A stretch of DNA of 63,812 nt, filler included, from Ferroacidibacillus organovorans (GTDB lineage Bacteria; Bacillota; Bacilli; Alicyclobacillales; SLC66): NCBI RefSeq assembly GCF_001642725.1. It is 4 parts of 4 records of this genome, joined end to end, with 100 filler letters (N's around TTAATTAATTAA, not from the genome) between each part and the next. Parts side by side here need not be neighbours in the genome. Positions count along the whole stretch, not along the records: positions 19,126 to 38,117 come from NZ_LSUQ01000049.1; 3 more parts are not named here. One strand, 5' to 3'. Each line of letters begins with the position of its first letter. Position 1 is the stretch's first letter. Below are positions 19,961-32,311 of the stretch, piece by piece. The notes below the pieces were generated by a model that saw only the letters and a list, made by a program, of their open reading frames with translations, was not told the DNA's origin and made no database searches. The position numbers and the translations under genes are program-made.

Positions 19961-20890
19961 ATGAGAACGTACACCGTTCAAAGCGGTGATTCAATGTGGA
20001 AAATTGCAAACCGATTCGGAATCAGTCTCGACGCGTTGATTGCCGCAAACCCTCAAGTGATCAACCCAGATCAGATTCAAGTTGGCCAGATTCTTACCCT
20101 GCCTGTGACAGACGGCGCAGCGGGAACAAGTTATCCTGTCTCGGAAACGCCAGTCGGGCATGGCGGGTATCCCCTCGGCGGTACGCCTGTGGTCCATGTT
20201 TCGCCAAATATCCCTGTTTCACCTGTTGGCGGCTCGACCTATGTTGTAAAACCTGGCGATACGATGTGGAAAATTGCAAACGCCGTCGGGGTCCCGCTCA
20301 ACAGTCTGATTGCAGCGAATCCGCACGTGTCCAACCCGAACATGATCATGCCTGGGCAAACGCTGATCATCCCTGGAGGGGTCAGTGGTACGGTCAATCC
20401 GATGACCTCCAAACAGTCACTGCTTAGCATGAAAGAAAAGATGACGATGCCAAAGGTGCAGGCGACGCAGCCGATCGTGCCGCCTGCACCAAAACCGGCG
20501 TTTCAACTGCCGCCGATCCATATCGACACCAATGTCCAGGTTCAAAAAATGCAGGTCAATCCGACACCACCGGCGCCCGCGCCGATGCCCACGCCAAAAA
20601 TGAAGCCTGCGCCCCCGAGTGTGGCCAAATTCTATGTGCACGAAGAAATTGTGCAACAGGAGATCGAACGAGAGCCTATTGGGGAGCAAGTGATTTGCTG
20701 GGATCCTACCAATCCGCCGCCGCAAGGCCCAGTGTTTGAGGGGCCTGTCATGCCAATTCATCCGATGAATACGCCGTTCGTGACACCACCCACGATGTAT
20801 GGCCCGGTATCAAAAACATTCAAGATGCGCGAGAGCAGTTCCATGTTTATGAATGACTCGTCTTGGTTCAGAGATTCGTCGCGCATGTAG
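19961..20890 (+). CDS. safA: SafA/ExsA-like spore coat assembly protein (2 LysM domains + Pro-rich region)
   Basis: Two YxVxxGDxMWKIA..LIAANP LysM repeats; precedes a spore kinase as in Bacillus safA-ysxE synteny. Confidence 0.75.
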   Translation: MRTYTVQSGDSMWKIANRFGISLDALIAANPQVINPDQIQVGQILTLPVTDGAAGTSYPVSETPVGHGGYPLGGTPVVHVSPNIPVSPVGGSTYVVKPGDTMWKIANAVGVPLNSLIAANPHVSNPNMIMPGQTLIIPGGVSGTVNPMTSKQSLLSMKEKMTMPKVQATQPIVPPAPKPAFQLPPIHIDTNVQVQKMQVNPTPPAPAPMPTPKMKPAPPSVAKFYVHEEIVQQEIEREPIGEQVICWDPTNPPPQGPVFEGPVMPIHPMNTPFVTPPTMYGPVSKTFKMRESSSMFMNDSSWFRDSSRM

Positions 20891-20960
20891 CAGGATCACG
20901 TGCGGCGCGTCTGACCGCTTTAGGGTCACGCGATGTCGACGTCTCGAGAGGGGTGAGCAG

Positions 20961-21974
20961 GTGAGAGCAAGGCTTTCGGATGAGGCGCTTCATTGTCTTG
21001 AGGATGCGTACGATCTGCGCATCCGCGCCGTCGTCCCGATGCGTTCTGTCACAGGTATTCTGACCAATCGCGGTCGTCTCATTGTAAAGCGCTATACACC
21101 AGAGCGATATGTGCCGCTTGCGCGGCTAGAAGCACTCGCCAGTGTGCGCAAACAATTGGCGAGCGCGGGTCTTGTGCCGCCCTATCTTGAGACGGTGTCC
21201 GGGGAGTCTTTCGTTTGGCTCTCCGGACACCCGACCACCGTGGAACCGTGGCTGCGCGGTCGCCAGTCTGATTTTTCGATACGGGAACATCGACGGAGCG
21301 CGGCAGCGGCTGTGGCTCGCCTGCACAGTGTGCGAATTAGGATCCCTGGCATGCTTCGCCTCACGCCGTCTCTTATGCAAAAGCTCTCTCATCGCTTGAA
21401 ACAGGCGTCACACCAGGTGGAATTGCGCGGCTTGCCGGGAATGACCGATGAGGCGTGGACTGCGCTTCGCAGACAGGCGGAGCAGCAATTGCGCGCACTC
21501 GTAGAGTCTGGTCTCGCCCGCCAACTTGAACGGGATCGGGAGGAGGACATTCTTTGTCACCGCGACCTTGCGCCGCACAATCTCCTCATGGAGGAAGGCG
21601 GCATTGCTGTGCTGATCGACTTTGATCTGGCGGGCCTTGACTCTCCTCTCTACGATTTGCATCAGATGATTGGACATATGAGTTACAGCGGTGTTTCGTT
21701 AAAACACATCTATGACGATGTACTTGATGCATACACCATGATCAGGCCACTTGCAAACGCACAAGTGGAGGCGCTGTGGCAACTCAGGGAATTTCCGATG
21801 CTCACACTGCGCGAACTCGGCGATGGACCAAAACGCCCGTCAAATGATCAGTGGGCACGTCTGTCGCGACGTATCGCATACGCTTTGAAGACGGAGCAGT
21901 GCGCGCTTCGCGGTGAACGCACACAAACCGCCGATGGAGCAAAAAAGATGCTATACTGCTACCATAAACGTTGA
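20961..21974 (+). CDS. Spore-coat kinase-like phosphotransferase (YsxE/CotS family)
   Basis: CHRDLAPHN, LIDFDLA; position after safA. Confidence 0.75.
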   Translation: MRARLSDEALHCLEDAYDLRIRAVVPMRSVTGILTNRGRLIVKRYTPERYVPLARLEALASVRKQLASAGLVPPYLETVSGESFVWLSGHPTTVEPWLRGRQSDFSIREHRRSAAAAVARLHSVRIRIPGMLRLTPSLMQKLSHRLKQASHQVELRGLPGMTDEAWTALRRQAEQQLRALVESGLARQLERDREEDILCHRDLAPHNLLMEEGGIAVLIDFDLAGLDSPLYDLHQMIGHMSYSGVSLKHIYDDVLDAYTMIRPLANAQVEALWQLREFPMLTLRELGDGPKRPSNDQWARLSRRIAYALKTEQCALRGERTQTADGAKKMLYCYHKR

Positions 21975-22023
21975 ATGGACGCCGTTTTTCGATTTTTGCA
22001 TCGCCAGAGAGGAAGTTGCAAAC

Positions 22024-22878
22024 GTGCTTCGAGTGGGGATGGCGCAAGTGACACCGCGCCTCGGAGATCTTGAACAGAATCTAAAAAAGCACCTTGAAAT
22101 GATCCACGCTGCGCGCAAGCAGGGCGCCTCCGTGGTCGTCTTTCCTGAGCTTGGGCTGACTGGCTATGCGTTGCGGGATTTGACGCTCAGTGTCGCGATG
22201 CGAGTGGACGATCCGCGTGTTATGCGACTCATTGAAGAGAGTGTCAACATCGACCTCGTGTTTAGCTTTATTGAAGAGAGTGATGATCACCGCTTTTACA
22301 TTACATCCATTTACGCGTCAAAAGGACAAGCACTGCATCGGCATCGCAAGCTTTATCCACCCACCTATGGACTGTTTGAAGAACAGCGTCACGTGGCGCG
22401 CGGCGAGGATTTATCATCTTTTCAGACGTCCTCTGGCGCGACTGGACTTCTCATTTGTGAAGATGCGTGGCATCCCTCGACGCTCTACACGCTCTCGCTG
22501 ACGGGGACAGGCGTCATCTACGTGATTGCGGCGGGTCCCGGGCGTGCGCTAAACGGCGCTTCCGACTCGTCATCCCAGCAGTTCTGGCAGAGGATGATTC
22601 GGACGCACGCGCAGCTTTTTACGACGTTTATCGTTTTTGTGAACCGCACTGGATTTGAGGATGGTCTGCACTTTTTCGGACATTCGTTTGTGGCAGGGCC
22701 GGATGGAGAAATTCTCTTTGAGGTGAAGGATGCCAAAGAAGGGTTGCATTTTGCTGATTTGGACGAGACGCAACTGCGCAGTGTGCGCTATCGCTCGCCG
22801 TTTTTGCGTGATGAGGATCCGGAGCGCGCGCTGCAACGGATGAAACAAGCGCTGCGGGCGGGGAGGGCGAACGGATGA
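22024..22878 (+). CDS. Carbon-nitrogen hydrolase (nitrilase fold); probable glutaminase subunit of NAD synthetase
   Basis: Catalytic E (FPEL), K (HRKLYPPTYGLFEE) and C (ICEDAW); overlaps nadE by ATGA. Confidence 0.8.
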   Translation: MLRVGMAQVTPRLGDLEQNLKKHLEMIHAARKQGASVVVFPELGLTGYALRDLTLSVAMRVDDPRVMRLIEESVNIDLVFSFIEESDDHRFYITSIYASKGQALHRHRKLYPPTYGLFEEQRHVARGEDLSSFQTSSGATGLLICEDAWHPSTLYTLSLTGTGVIYVIAAGPGRALNGASDSSSQQFWQRMIRTHAQLFTTFIVFVNRTGFEDGLHFFGHSFVAGPDGEILFEVKDAKEGLHFADLDETQLRSVRYRSPFLRDEDPERALQRMKQALRAGRANG

Positions 22879-23732
22879 ACACCAACCTTCACGCTCACAT
22901 GGAGCAGACACTTGTGCGCTTGCGCGAGAGTGTGCGCGCGACGGCGCCGATTCTCGTCGATTTTTTGCGCGACGAGGTTGAAAAAACGGGGTTTCACGAC
23001 GTCGTCTTCGGGCTGTCTGGAGGCATCGACTCAGCGCTCGTCGCGTATCTTGCGGTGGAGGCGTTCGGCGCAGAGCGCGTTCACCCTGTGATCATGCCGT
23101 ATCGACTGAGCAGTGCGGCGAGTTTGCGCGATGCGCAAGCGATCACTTCTGATCTCGGGCTAAAGGCAGATCTGGTGGAGATCACACCTCAGATTGACGC
23201 CTATTTTTCGCGTGACCCGTCTGCGAGTTTGCTTCGTCGCGGAAATAAGATGGCGCGTGAGCGGATGTCGATTCTTTTTGACCACGCGGCCGTTTATCGC
23301 GCGCTAGTACTTGGGACCAGCAATAAAACTGAACTTCTGCTTGGCTATGGAACGCAGTTTGGGGATCTCGGTTCTGCAGTAAACGCGCTTGGCGATCTCT
23401 ATAAATCGCAGGTGCGGGCGCTCGCAGAACAGCTCGGTGTGCCTGCCGCGATTCTACACAAAGCGCCGTCGGCCGATTTGTGGGAGGAGCAAACGGACGA
23501 GAAGGAGCTCGGGTTTACGTATGATGAAGCGGATGTGCTTTTGCACCATTGGGTTGATCGGTGGCTGACGCGCGCGGAAATTGAGGCGCTCGGGTTTGCC
23601 CCGGAGTTGGTTGAAGGGGTGATGCGACGCGTTCGCCTGAATCACTATAAGCGCGTGCCTCCTGTCATCGCAAAACTCTCCAGCCGCACGATTGGCATCG
23701 ATTTTCTCTATCCGCGTGACTGGGGAATGTAA
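22875..23732 (+). CDS. nadE: NAD+ synthetase (synthetase subunit)
   Basis: GLSGGIDS, GNKMARERM, GTSNKTE, KAPSADLW..QTDE. Confidence 0.95.
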   Translation: MNTNLHAHMEQTLVRLRESVRATAPILVDFLRDEVEKTGFHDVVFGLSGGIDSALVAYLAVEAFGAERVHPVIMPYRLSSAASLRDAQAITSDLGLKADLVEITPQIDAYFSRDPSASLLRRGNKMARERMSILFDHAAVYRALVLGTSNKTELLLGYGTQFGDLGSAVNALGDLYKSQVRALAEQLGVPAAILHKAPSADLWEEQTDEKELGFTYDEADVLLHHWVDRWLTRAEIEALGFAPELVEGVMRRVRLNHYKRVPPVIAKLSSRTIGIDFLYPRDWGM

Positions 23733-23743
23733 GGAGGCTTTTT

Positions 23744-24475
23744 ATGGCGGGTCACTCGAAATGGAAGAATATCGCGCATCGCAAAGGAAAACAGGACGCT
23801 TCGCGCGGGCAACTTTTTACAAAGCTGTGCCGAGATATCTATGCAGCGGCAAAGCGCGGTGGGGCCAATCCGGATGTAAACTACACGCTGAAAGTGGCGC
23901 TTGAGAAGGCGAAAGAAAACAGCGTGCCGAGTGATACGATTGCGCGCACGCTCGCCAAGGCAACAGGCACGCTTGATGGAATGCACCTCGAATCCTTTTT
24001 GTATGAAGGGTATGGGCCGGGAGGCTTTGCGGTGCTGCTTGAGATCTCGTCGAGCAATCGCAATCGCACAGCCGCGGAGATTCGCCATCTCTTTTCAAAG
24101 CATGGCGGAAGTCTCGGTGAATCGGGCTGTGTCGCCTGGATGTTTCTGCGGCGCGGTGCGGTGCGTGTCACGCTTGATGCACGATTGGATGAGACGGATC
24201 TGACGCTGTTCGCGCTTGAAGTGGGCGCTGACGATGTGCAGGAAGAAGAGGATGAATGCGTCTTTTACACGGAGCCAGAAGCGCTGTCTGAGGTTGAAAA
24301 AAGCGTGGTCGCACGGGGATTTCAACCGTCTGCAGTCGAAATCATTTACGTGCCAACCGTTGCCGCAAATGTTTCAGAAGAGGATCAGGAGCGGGCGGCG
24401 ACGCTACTCACACTGCTCGAAGAACACGATGATGTGGATAACCTCTACACGAATGTTGATTTTTCTGCTTCGTAA
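23744..24475 (+). CDS. yebC: YebC/PmpR family protein
   Basis: MAGHSKWKNI, YEGYGPGG, NRNRT. Confidence 0.95.
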   Translation: MAGHSKWKNIAHRKGKQDASRGQLFTKLCRDIYAAAKRGGANPDVNYTLKVALEKAKENSVPSDTIARTLAKATGTLDGMHLESFLYEGYGPGGFAVLLEISSSNRNRTAAEIRHLFSKHGGSLGESGCVAWMFLRRGAVRVTLDARLDETDLTLFALEVGADDVQEEEDECVFYTEPEALSEVEKSVVARGFQPSAVEIIYVPTVAANVSEEDQERAATLLTLLEEHDDVDNLYTNVDFSAS

Positions 24476-24514
24476 CATCAGTGAGTGAATGTAAAACGGG
24501 GTGGGAGGTGAAGC

Positions 24515-25075
24515 ATGCGCATTCTAGGGATCGATCCGGGGTTTGGGCGTACAGGGTATGGCATCATCGATGTGCTCGGCCACTCGTACCGCATGGTGGA
24601 TACGGGCTGCATTGAGACTTCGCCGAAAACGCCGATCGGGGAGCGTCTCGTCGCGATCTATGACGCGATCACAACGCTCATCCATCAGCACGCTCCGGAT
24701 GAATTCGCCGTTGAGCAGCTTTTTTTTGCGCGCAATGTGACGACGGCGCTGACTGCCGCTGAGGCGCGCGGCGTGGTGCTTTTAGCTGCTCAAAAAGCGG
24801 GACTACCTGTCGGCGAATACACGCCACTCCAAGTGAAACAGGCGGTTTCAGGGTATGGGCGCGCCGACAAAAAGCAGGTGCAGGAGATGGTCAAGATTCT
24901 TCTGTCACTGCGCGAAGTGGTAAAGCCAGATGACGCGGCGGACGCGCTGGCCGTTGCCATTACGCACGCACACTTTGCCGTGTATAACGAGAATATGGCG
25001 CGCGTTCAGGCTTCTGCGTTGCAGTCTTCCGCGCTTTTGAAGCAGGCGCCGGCGACAAGGAGGAAACCGACATGA
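24515..25075 (+). CDS. ruvC: Holliday junction resolvase
   Basis: ILGIDPG, VEQLFF, DDAADALAVA. Confidence 0.96.
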   Translation: MRILGIDPGFGRTGYGIIDVLGHSYRMVDTGCIETSPKTPIGERLVAIYDAITTLIHQHAPDEFAVEQLFFARNVTTALTAAEARGVVLLAAQKAGLPVGEYTPLQVKQAVSGYGRADKKQVQEMVKILLSLREVVKPDDAADALAVAITHAHFAVYNENMARVQASALQSSALLKQAPATRRKPT

Positions 25076-25698
25076 TCGCACACCTTTTTGGCACCATTTC
25101 TGAGCGGGAGACGGATGCGGTCGTCCTCGACGTGGCGGGCGTTGGCTATCGCGTATATATGCCTAAGCGCGTACTTGACACGCTTGCTGTGGATGCGATG
25201 CAAAAACTCTATACGGTTCATCATGTGCGGGAAGATGCGATGACTCTTTATGGTTTTATGGAGCGAACGGATCGGGAACTTTTCTTGCGTTTGCAGACGG
25301 TGACCGGAATTGGACCGCGGCTGGCGCTGCAAATGATGAGCCACATGGCGACGGGTGACATTGTCCACGCGATGATTCACGAGCAGACAAAGGCGCTCAC
25401 GGCGGTACCCGGCGTCGGGGCAAAAGTGGCGGGGCGCATTGTGCTCGAACTGAAGGATAAGGTGAACGATCTGCAGGATGGAGCAGAGCGCGCACAAATG
25501 CGCAATGATCGAGTCACCACAGACCCGAGCCAGGCGGGCGTTTACGCAGAATTGAGCGCGGCGCTCGCGGCGCTCGGCTACGCTGAACGCGAGATCGAGC
25601 GCGTGCTTTTGCAGCACATCCACGCGTGGGAGGCTCTGCCGCTTCAAGATGCGCTAAAAGCGGCGCTCAGGGTGCTCAGTGAGCGAGGTGTGCGATGA
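25072..25698 (+). CDS. ruvA: Holliday junction branch migration protein
   Basis: [15 protein letters not shown], HhH motifs GIGPR and GVGAK. Confidence 0.95.
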   Translation: MIAHLFGTISERETDAVVLDVAGVGYRVYMPKRVLDTLAVDAMQKLYTVHHVREDAMTLYGFMERTDRELFLRLQTVTGIGPRLALQMMSHMATGDIVHAMIHEQTKALTAVPGVGAKVAGRIVLELKDKVNDLQDGAERAQMRNDRVTTDPSQAGVYAELSAALAALGYAEREIERVLLQHIHAWEALPLQDALKAALRVLSERGVR

Positions 25699-26699
25699 AT
25701 GATCGAATCGTGACAGGTGAAATGCTTCAGGAAGACGCGCGGGAAGAGACGCTTCGACCGCGGTTTTTGCGCGAATACATTGGACAGGATGCGGTCAAAG
25801 AGAATCTGCGCATCTACATTGACGCAGCGCGAAAACGAAAAGAGTCGCTTGATCACGTACTCTTCTATGGTCCACCTGGTCTAGGAAAAACATCCCTTGC
25901 GCATATCATCGCCAATGAACTAGGAGTCAACATCCGTGTGACTTCAGGTCCTGCCATCGAGCGTGCGGGCGATTTGGCGGCGCTTGTGACAAGCCTTCAA
26001 GAAGGCGATGTTTTGTTTATCGATGAGATCCATCGTCTGCCGCGCACCGTTGAAGAGGTGCTCTATCCAGCGATGGAGGACTTTGCGGTGGATGTCATGC
26101 TCGGCAAGGGACCGAGCGCGCGGGCGCTGCGCCTCGATCTGCCGTCTTTTACGATGATCGGCGCGACGACGCGCGCTGGACTCTTGTCGGCACCCCTGCG
26201 CGATCGCTTTGGGGTGGTACTCAATCTCCGCTATTTTCCGGTTGAAGACCTGTCGCGCATTGTACTTCGCGCGGCGGCGATTCTTGGCGTCGCGATCGAT
26301 TCGCAAGGGGCTCATGAAATCGCGCGCCGATCACGCGGTACGCCGCGTATCGCGAATCGCCTTTTGCGTCGGGTGCGCGACTTTGCGCAGGTGATCGGAG
26401 ATGGGCGGATCGATCAAGAACTGGCAGTTGAGGCGCTGACACGGATGAAGGTTGACGCGTTTGGGCTCGACGAGTTGGATCATCGCATCTTGCTGTGCCT
26501 GATCGACCGCTTTCGTGGAGGGCCAGCTGGACTTGAAACGCTTGCCGCCTCGATTGGGGAAGATGCGGGGACGCTAGAAGATGTCTATGAACCGTATTTG
26601 CTGCAGTCTGGCCTCCTTTCCCGCACGGCGCGCGGACGCGAAGCGACGGCTGCCGCCTATGCACATCTAGGTCGCGTAAAGCCGGTAGACGAAACGTGA
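25695..26699 (+). CDS. ruvB: Holliday junction branch migration ATPase
   Basis: [36 protein letters not shown]. Confidence 0.97.
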   Translation: MNDRIVTGEMLQEDAREETLRPRFLREYIGQDAVKENLRIYIDAARKRKESLDHVLFYGPPGLGKTSLAHIIANELGVNIRVTSGPAIERAGDLAALVTSLQEGDVLFIDEIHRLPRTVEEVLYPAMEDFAVDVMLGKGPSARALRLDLPSFTMIGATTRAGLLSAPLRDRFGVVLNLRYFPVEDLSRIVLRAAAILGVAIDSQGAHEIARRSRGTPRIANRLLRRVRDFAQVIGDGRIDQELAVEALTRMKVDAFGLDELDHRILLCLIDRFRGGPAGLETLAASIGEDAGTLEDVYEPYLLQSGLLSRTARGREATAAAYAHLGRVKPVDET

Positions 26700-26737
26700 G
26701 GCACCCCAAGGCTCGACGAAAAACAGGCTACGGACAG

Positions 26738-26758
26738 AAAAGGCGATCGTTTCACGAA
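26738..26758 (+). promoter_or_regulatory. Putative sigmaI-dependent (autoregulatory) promoter
   Basis: AAAA-N13-CGAA immediately upstream of sigI. Confidence 0.5.
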
Positions 26759-26781
26759 CCATGCAAAAGGGGGTTCGATAC

Positions 26782-27528
26782 GTGATCCGGATACCGTTTC
26801 GGAGAAATCCGACCGGTGATGCGACAAAGCTCCTGGGTCTGCTGGAAGATGCAAAAGCGGGTGATCGGCTTGCGCGCGACGCTCTCTTGCGGCAGTTTCA
26901 ACCGTTTGTCCTACGCATCGCAAAGGACGCGTGTGGACGAAAGATTCGCGAGACGGATGAAGAATTTCAGATGGCTTTGCTCGCATTAAATGAAGCAATT
27001 GACGCCTATCGATCGGATCGGGGTAGTTTTGTCGCGTTTTCCGAAACGGTTATAAAACGACGTCTCATCGACTACTTTCGCGTAAGATCCAAACAGCGCG
27101 AAATTCCGTTTGCCGCATTCGACGAGGTTGACGAAGAGGGCGATGTATACAATGCGATTGAGAATGACACAGCACTCATGCAGCACGCCGTTGACGTTGA
27201 AACGCGCGATCGCGCAGAGGAAATCGCGCGCTATGCAATAGAACTACAGCGGTTTGGCATTGATATGAACGAACTGATTGATATTTGTCCGAAACACGAT
27301 GATGCTCGACGAAACGCGGTGCACGCCGCGCATATGGTTGCCAAAACGGAAGCGCTACGCACGCTGTTTCTGGCGTCTGGCACACTTCCCTTAAAACAGT
27401 TAGAACCACTTGTTGAAGTCAGTCGAAAAACGCTTGAGCGACAGCGGCGGTACATCATTGCAGTCGTTGTTCTCATGCTTGGGGATTATGAGATGTTGCA
27501 GAGTTTTGTGGGGGAGGAACTGAGATGA
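26782..27528 (+). CDS. sigI: RNA polymerase sigma factor SigI
   Basis: DEEFQMALLALNEAI, VIKRRLIDYFR, PKHDDAR, VSRKTLERQRRYII; GTG 26782 follows an AAGGGGG RBS. Confidence 0.92.
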   Translation: MIRIPFRRNPTGDATKLLGLLEDAKAGDRLARDALLRQFQPFVLRIAKDACGRKIRETDEEFQMALLALNEAIDAYRSDRGSFVAFSETVIKRRLIDYFRVRSKQREIPFAAFDEVDEEGDVYNAIENDTALMQHAVDVETRDRAEEIARYAIELQRFGIDMNELIDICPKHDDARRNAVHAAHMVAKTEALRTLFLASGTLPLKQLEPLVEVSRKTLERQRRYIIAVVVLMLGDYEMLQSFVGEELR

Positions 27529-29165
27529 GGGCGATAATAATGTCCTTCCCGGACGATGCGACAGCCGTGATCATGACTCCTCATGCAGGGTTTGAGAAAA
27601 TCGCGCGCACCGAAACGATGCAGCTTGGTGAAAGGATAGACATCCCGGCGACGCTGCTTGACGGTTCACTTACACAACTGCGCGCGCGTCGTCGACTGCG
27701 AACGAGGACAGGCGCATTCGGCGCAGTAGCGGGGCTTTTTCTCGTCGCGTTTCTGTCGCTTTCGCAACTGATGCCGGCGTTTGCAAAACCTACGGCGTAC
27801 CTGTCGATCGACATTAATCCGAGCATTCAATTCTCTGTCTCCAATCAGAACATCGTGCTCGGTGTAGCCGCGCTCGATTCAGACGGCGGGCGCGCGTTGG
27901 AAGGGCTCCATCTCGTGCATCTGCCGATCAAAACCGCGGTAAAGCGCTATCTTCAAAAGATTGCAACGCTCGGTTATCTGCACGCGCTAAGCTCAGTCAT
28001 CGTAACATCAACGCCTGGCAATCATGTGGCGAGCACGCAACTGCAGAGTCTTTTAGCTCTGACGGATGCGTCGATTCGCTCAACCGTCGGTAAGAGGCAG
28101 GTGTTCGTCGCGTCATTTATCGCGTCACCGTCGCTCTGGCGTTTGGCGCAGCGCCTGCATGTCTCGCCTGGGCGACTCGCATTCTATGTCGAAGCGCGCC
28201 GGCGCGGCCTTCACGTCTCGTGGCGCGAAATCGAATCAGGTGCGCTCTCGCCTGCAGTCGGAGGGCGAGAGGTGGCCAATCGCATCGTGCAGACCGTGAG
28301 CAGCGACAAGACACTGTCCCATGTTCTAACGTTGGTGACCGCTCATCTGACGCAGAATGCGACGAAGAACACGTTTAAAAATGCGGTCATCGCGTCAGCG
28401 CCGCCACTGCCGCCGCTGCCACCGATTCAGGTTTCGAGTACGACCCGTTCAGCACCTGGATCGCGGGAAAATCCCGCAGGGCATGCAAAGGATAAAACGG
28501 GGGATGGAAAAACGCGTCCCGCTGTCGATCAAGCAAAAACACTTCCGTCACCTGGCGCAGGATCGTTGCAAACAAAGGTTCCTGCGATTTTGCCGGCGCT
28601 GCCGCCCATGACCGATGGACATCACCCCGGAGAGTCTGAGAAGCATCCGCGCGGAGGTGGCAGTGAAAAGATTCCGGGGAATTCGGATGGGAATTCGCTA
28701 TCGCAAGGTGACGCAAAATCACATAGTGGATCTGATTCGCACGGCGATGGAAAATCGCACAAAACAGGTGACGGTACCGCGCAAAGCGAGCAAGGTACGC
28801 TGCCAAGCGTCGTCGTAGGGAGCATCACGCCGCCCTCGATCCGCCAGCCTAGCGCAAATGCGCAGGGAGGAGATGGACACCCGAAAAGCGGCGATGGCAA
28901 GCAACCTGGGAGTGACAACCTCGCAGGAAATGGATCTGATCACTCGCAGGGGGCGCCGATAACAGTCGCTGGACAAGGGGGGCTGTCACTGCCGGCGCTG
29001 CCACCGATCGCCCAATCATCGGATTCATCTACACAGGGGTCACGATCTTTGACATCCTCTGCGGGGTCTTCAGGCGATGCCGCTGTAAATGGAGATCAGC
29101 AGCACCAACCCTCGCAGGACAGCGGAAAAAACCACCATCACCATAAAAAGAATGGAGACGGTTGA
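27525..29165 (+). CDS. rsgI: Anti-sigmaI factor with a long disordered C-terminus
   Basis: RsgI_N-like AVIMTP..GF, one TM, YLSIDINPSI motif, Pro/Gly/Ser-rich tail; coupled to sigI. Confidence 0.88.
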   Translation: MRAIIMSFPDDATAVIMTPHAGFEKIARTETMQLGERIDIPATLLDGSLTQLRARRRLRTRTGAFGAVAGLFLVAFLSLSQLMPAFAKPTAYLSIDINPSIQFSVSNQNIVLGVAALDSDGGRALEGLHLVHLPIKTAVKRYLQKIATLGYLHALSSVIVTSTPGNHVASTQLQSLLALTDASIRSTVGKRQVFVASFIASPSLWRLAQRLHVSPGRLAFYVEARRRGLHVSWREIESGALSPAVGGREVANRIVQTVSSDKTLSHVLTLVTAHLTQNATKNTFKNAVIASAPPLPPLPPIQVSSTTRSAPGSRENPAGHAKDKTGDGKTRPAVDQAKTLPSPGAGSLQTKVPAILPALPPMTDGHHPGESEKHPRGGGSEKIPGNSDGNSLSQGDAKSHSGSDSHGDGKSHKTGDGTAQSEQGTLPSVVVGSITPPSIRQPSANAQGGDGHPKSGDGKQPGSDNLAGNGSDHSQGAPITVAGQGGLSLPALPPIAQSSDSSTQGSRSLTSSAGSSGDAAVNGDQQHQPSQDSGKNHHHHKKNGDG

Positions 29166-29184
29166 TCGTCGATCAATCGTCTTT

Positions 29185-29212
29185 TTGCTTCCCCATCAAC
29201 CTATGGTATAGT
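29185..29212 (+). promoter_or_regulatory. Putative sigmaA promoter for queA-tgt-yajC
   Basis: TTGCTT-16-TATAGT with TG extended -10. Confidence 0.5.
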
Positions 29213-29230
29213 GCATGTGCAAGAGGCGGT

Positions 29231-31442
<2,212 letters not shown>

Positions 31443-31446
31443 TCAG

Positions 31447-31716
31447 ATGTCAGTGAAACAATTAGAGGCGCTTATTCCTTATCTGTTTTTGTTAGGAATT
31501 CTCTATGTTTTTATTCTCCGGCCGCAACAAAAGCGCCAAAAAGAGAGAAACAATCTCATGTCGAGCCTTGCTGTGGGAAGCCAGGTGGTGACGATTGGTG
31601 GACTTCACGGTACGGTGACTGCAGTCGAGGGACAGACGGTGACGATTGCCGTTGATGGAAATACGAAGCTGACGTTTGAAAAGAGCGCGATCAGCCGCGT
31701 CGTTCCGCAAGCTTGA
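31447..31716 (+). CDS. yajC: Preprotein translocase subunit YajC
   Basis: LRPQQKRQK, VVTIGGLHGTV; after tgt. Confidence 0.93.
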   Translation: MSVKQLEALIPYLFLLGILYVFILRPQQKRQKERNNLMSSLAVGSQVVTIGGLHGTVTAVEGQTVTIAVDGNTKLTFEKSAISRVVPQA

Positions 31717-31754
31717 CAGCCCTGCGTCAACAGGCAAGTGCACAGGGATCAAAA

Positions 31755-31802
31755 TGACATACAAAAGGCCTGTCTTCATAAAGACAGGCCTTTTGTATGT
31801 CA
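31755..31802. terminator. Bidirectional rho-independent terminator
   Basis: Perfect 22-bp inverted repeat with CATA loop between convergent genes. Confidence 0.9.
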
Positions 31803-31821
31803 AGAATCGTCAGAAAGAGAA

Positions 31822-32229
31822 TCACGCGGTACGCTTCAGATTGACACCGATGACACCGCCGAAAGCGCCGATCAGTCCGAGCAAAAGGATGCGCAGGATT
31901 GTCTCTAACTGAAAGGTGGCACTAAAGTCGACTAAGCTCCCGACCAGCGCGAGTACGGCGCTAAAAATCATTGCGGTGATAAATCCGTAGTACCAGCCCC
32001 GCATCCCTGCACTGCGCGCGGCGCCGAGCGCGCCCGCCAAGGAAGAGAGGGCATTGATGGTGTATGCGGTGTAGGGGAGAGACGATTCGGATACGTTCGC
32101 CCACGTATAAACGCCCGCCATGATGAGCGTCAGAATTAAAAATGCGATAAACGCGACGATGACACCGTGTACGAGTGGTGAACCGTTTACTTCACTGCGG
32201 AAATGCGGCCAAAGCTTTGCTTTCACCAT
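31822..32229 (-). CDS. YrzE/TIGR04086-like 4-TM membrane protein
   Basis: GALGAARSAGMRGWYYG, GGVIGVN; synteny after yajC; GGAGG RBS. Confidence 0.8.
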   Translation of the reverse strand: MVKAKLWPHFRSEVNGSPLVHGVIVAFIAFLILTLIMAGVYTWANVSESSLPYTAYTINALSSLAGALGAARSAGMRGWYYGFITAMIFSAVLALVGSLVDFSATFQLETILRILLLGLIGAFGGVIGVNLKRTA

Positions 32230-32282
32230 TCCACCTCCAGGCGGGATCAGGCCATTCCCTGTGACTTCGAGGGTTTGTCCCA

Positions 32283-32311
32283 TCTATATGCCTGAGTGTC
32301 GCGGTGTATGA
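32283..32311 (-). promoter_or_regulatory. SigmaE (mother-cell)-type promoter for the yrzE-like gene
   Basis: Minus strand TCATACA-14-CATATAGA. Confidence 0.65.

Noticed and set aside
20961..21974. Phosphotransferase as the missing LvaA-like kinase of the catabolic island
   Set aside because: It lies on another contig, directly after safA, where the spore kinase YsxE is expected
29166..29230. preQ1 riboswitch ahead of queA-tgt
   Set aside because: Leader is very short and lacks the preQ1 stem and A-rich tail
31755..31802. 22-bp perfect inverted repeat as a MITE/REP element
   Set aside because: Single copy between convergent genes with A/T tails; fully explained as a bidirectional terminator
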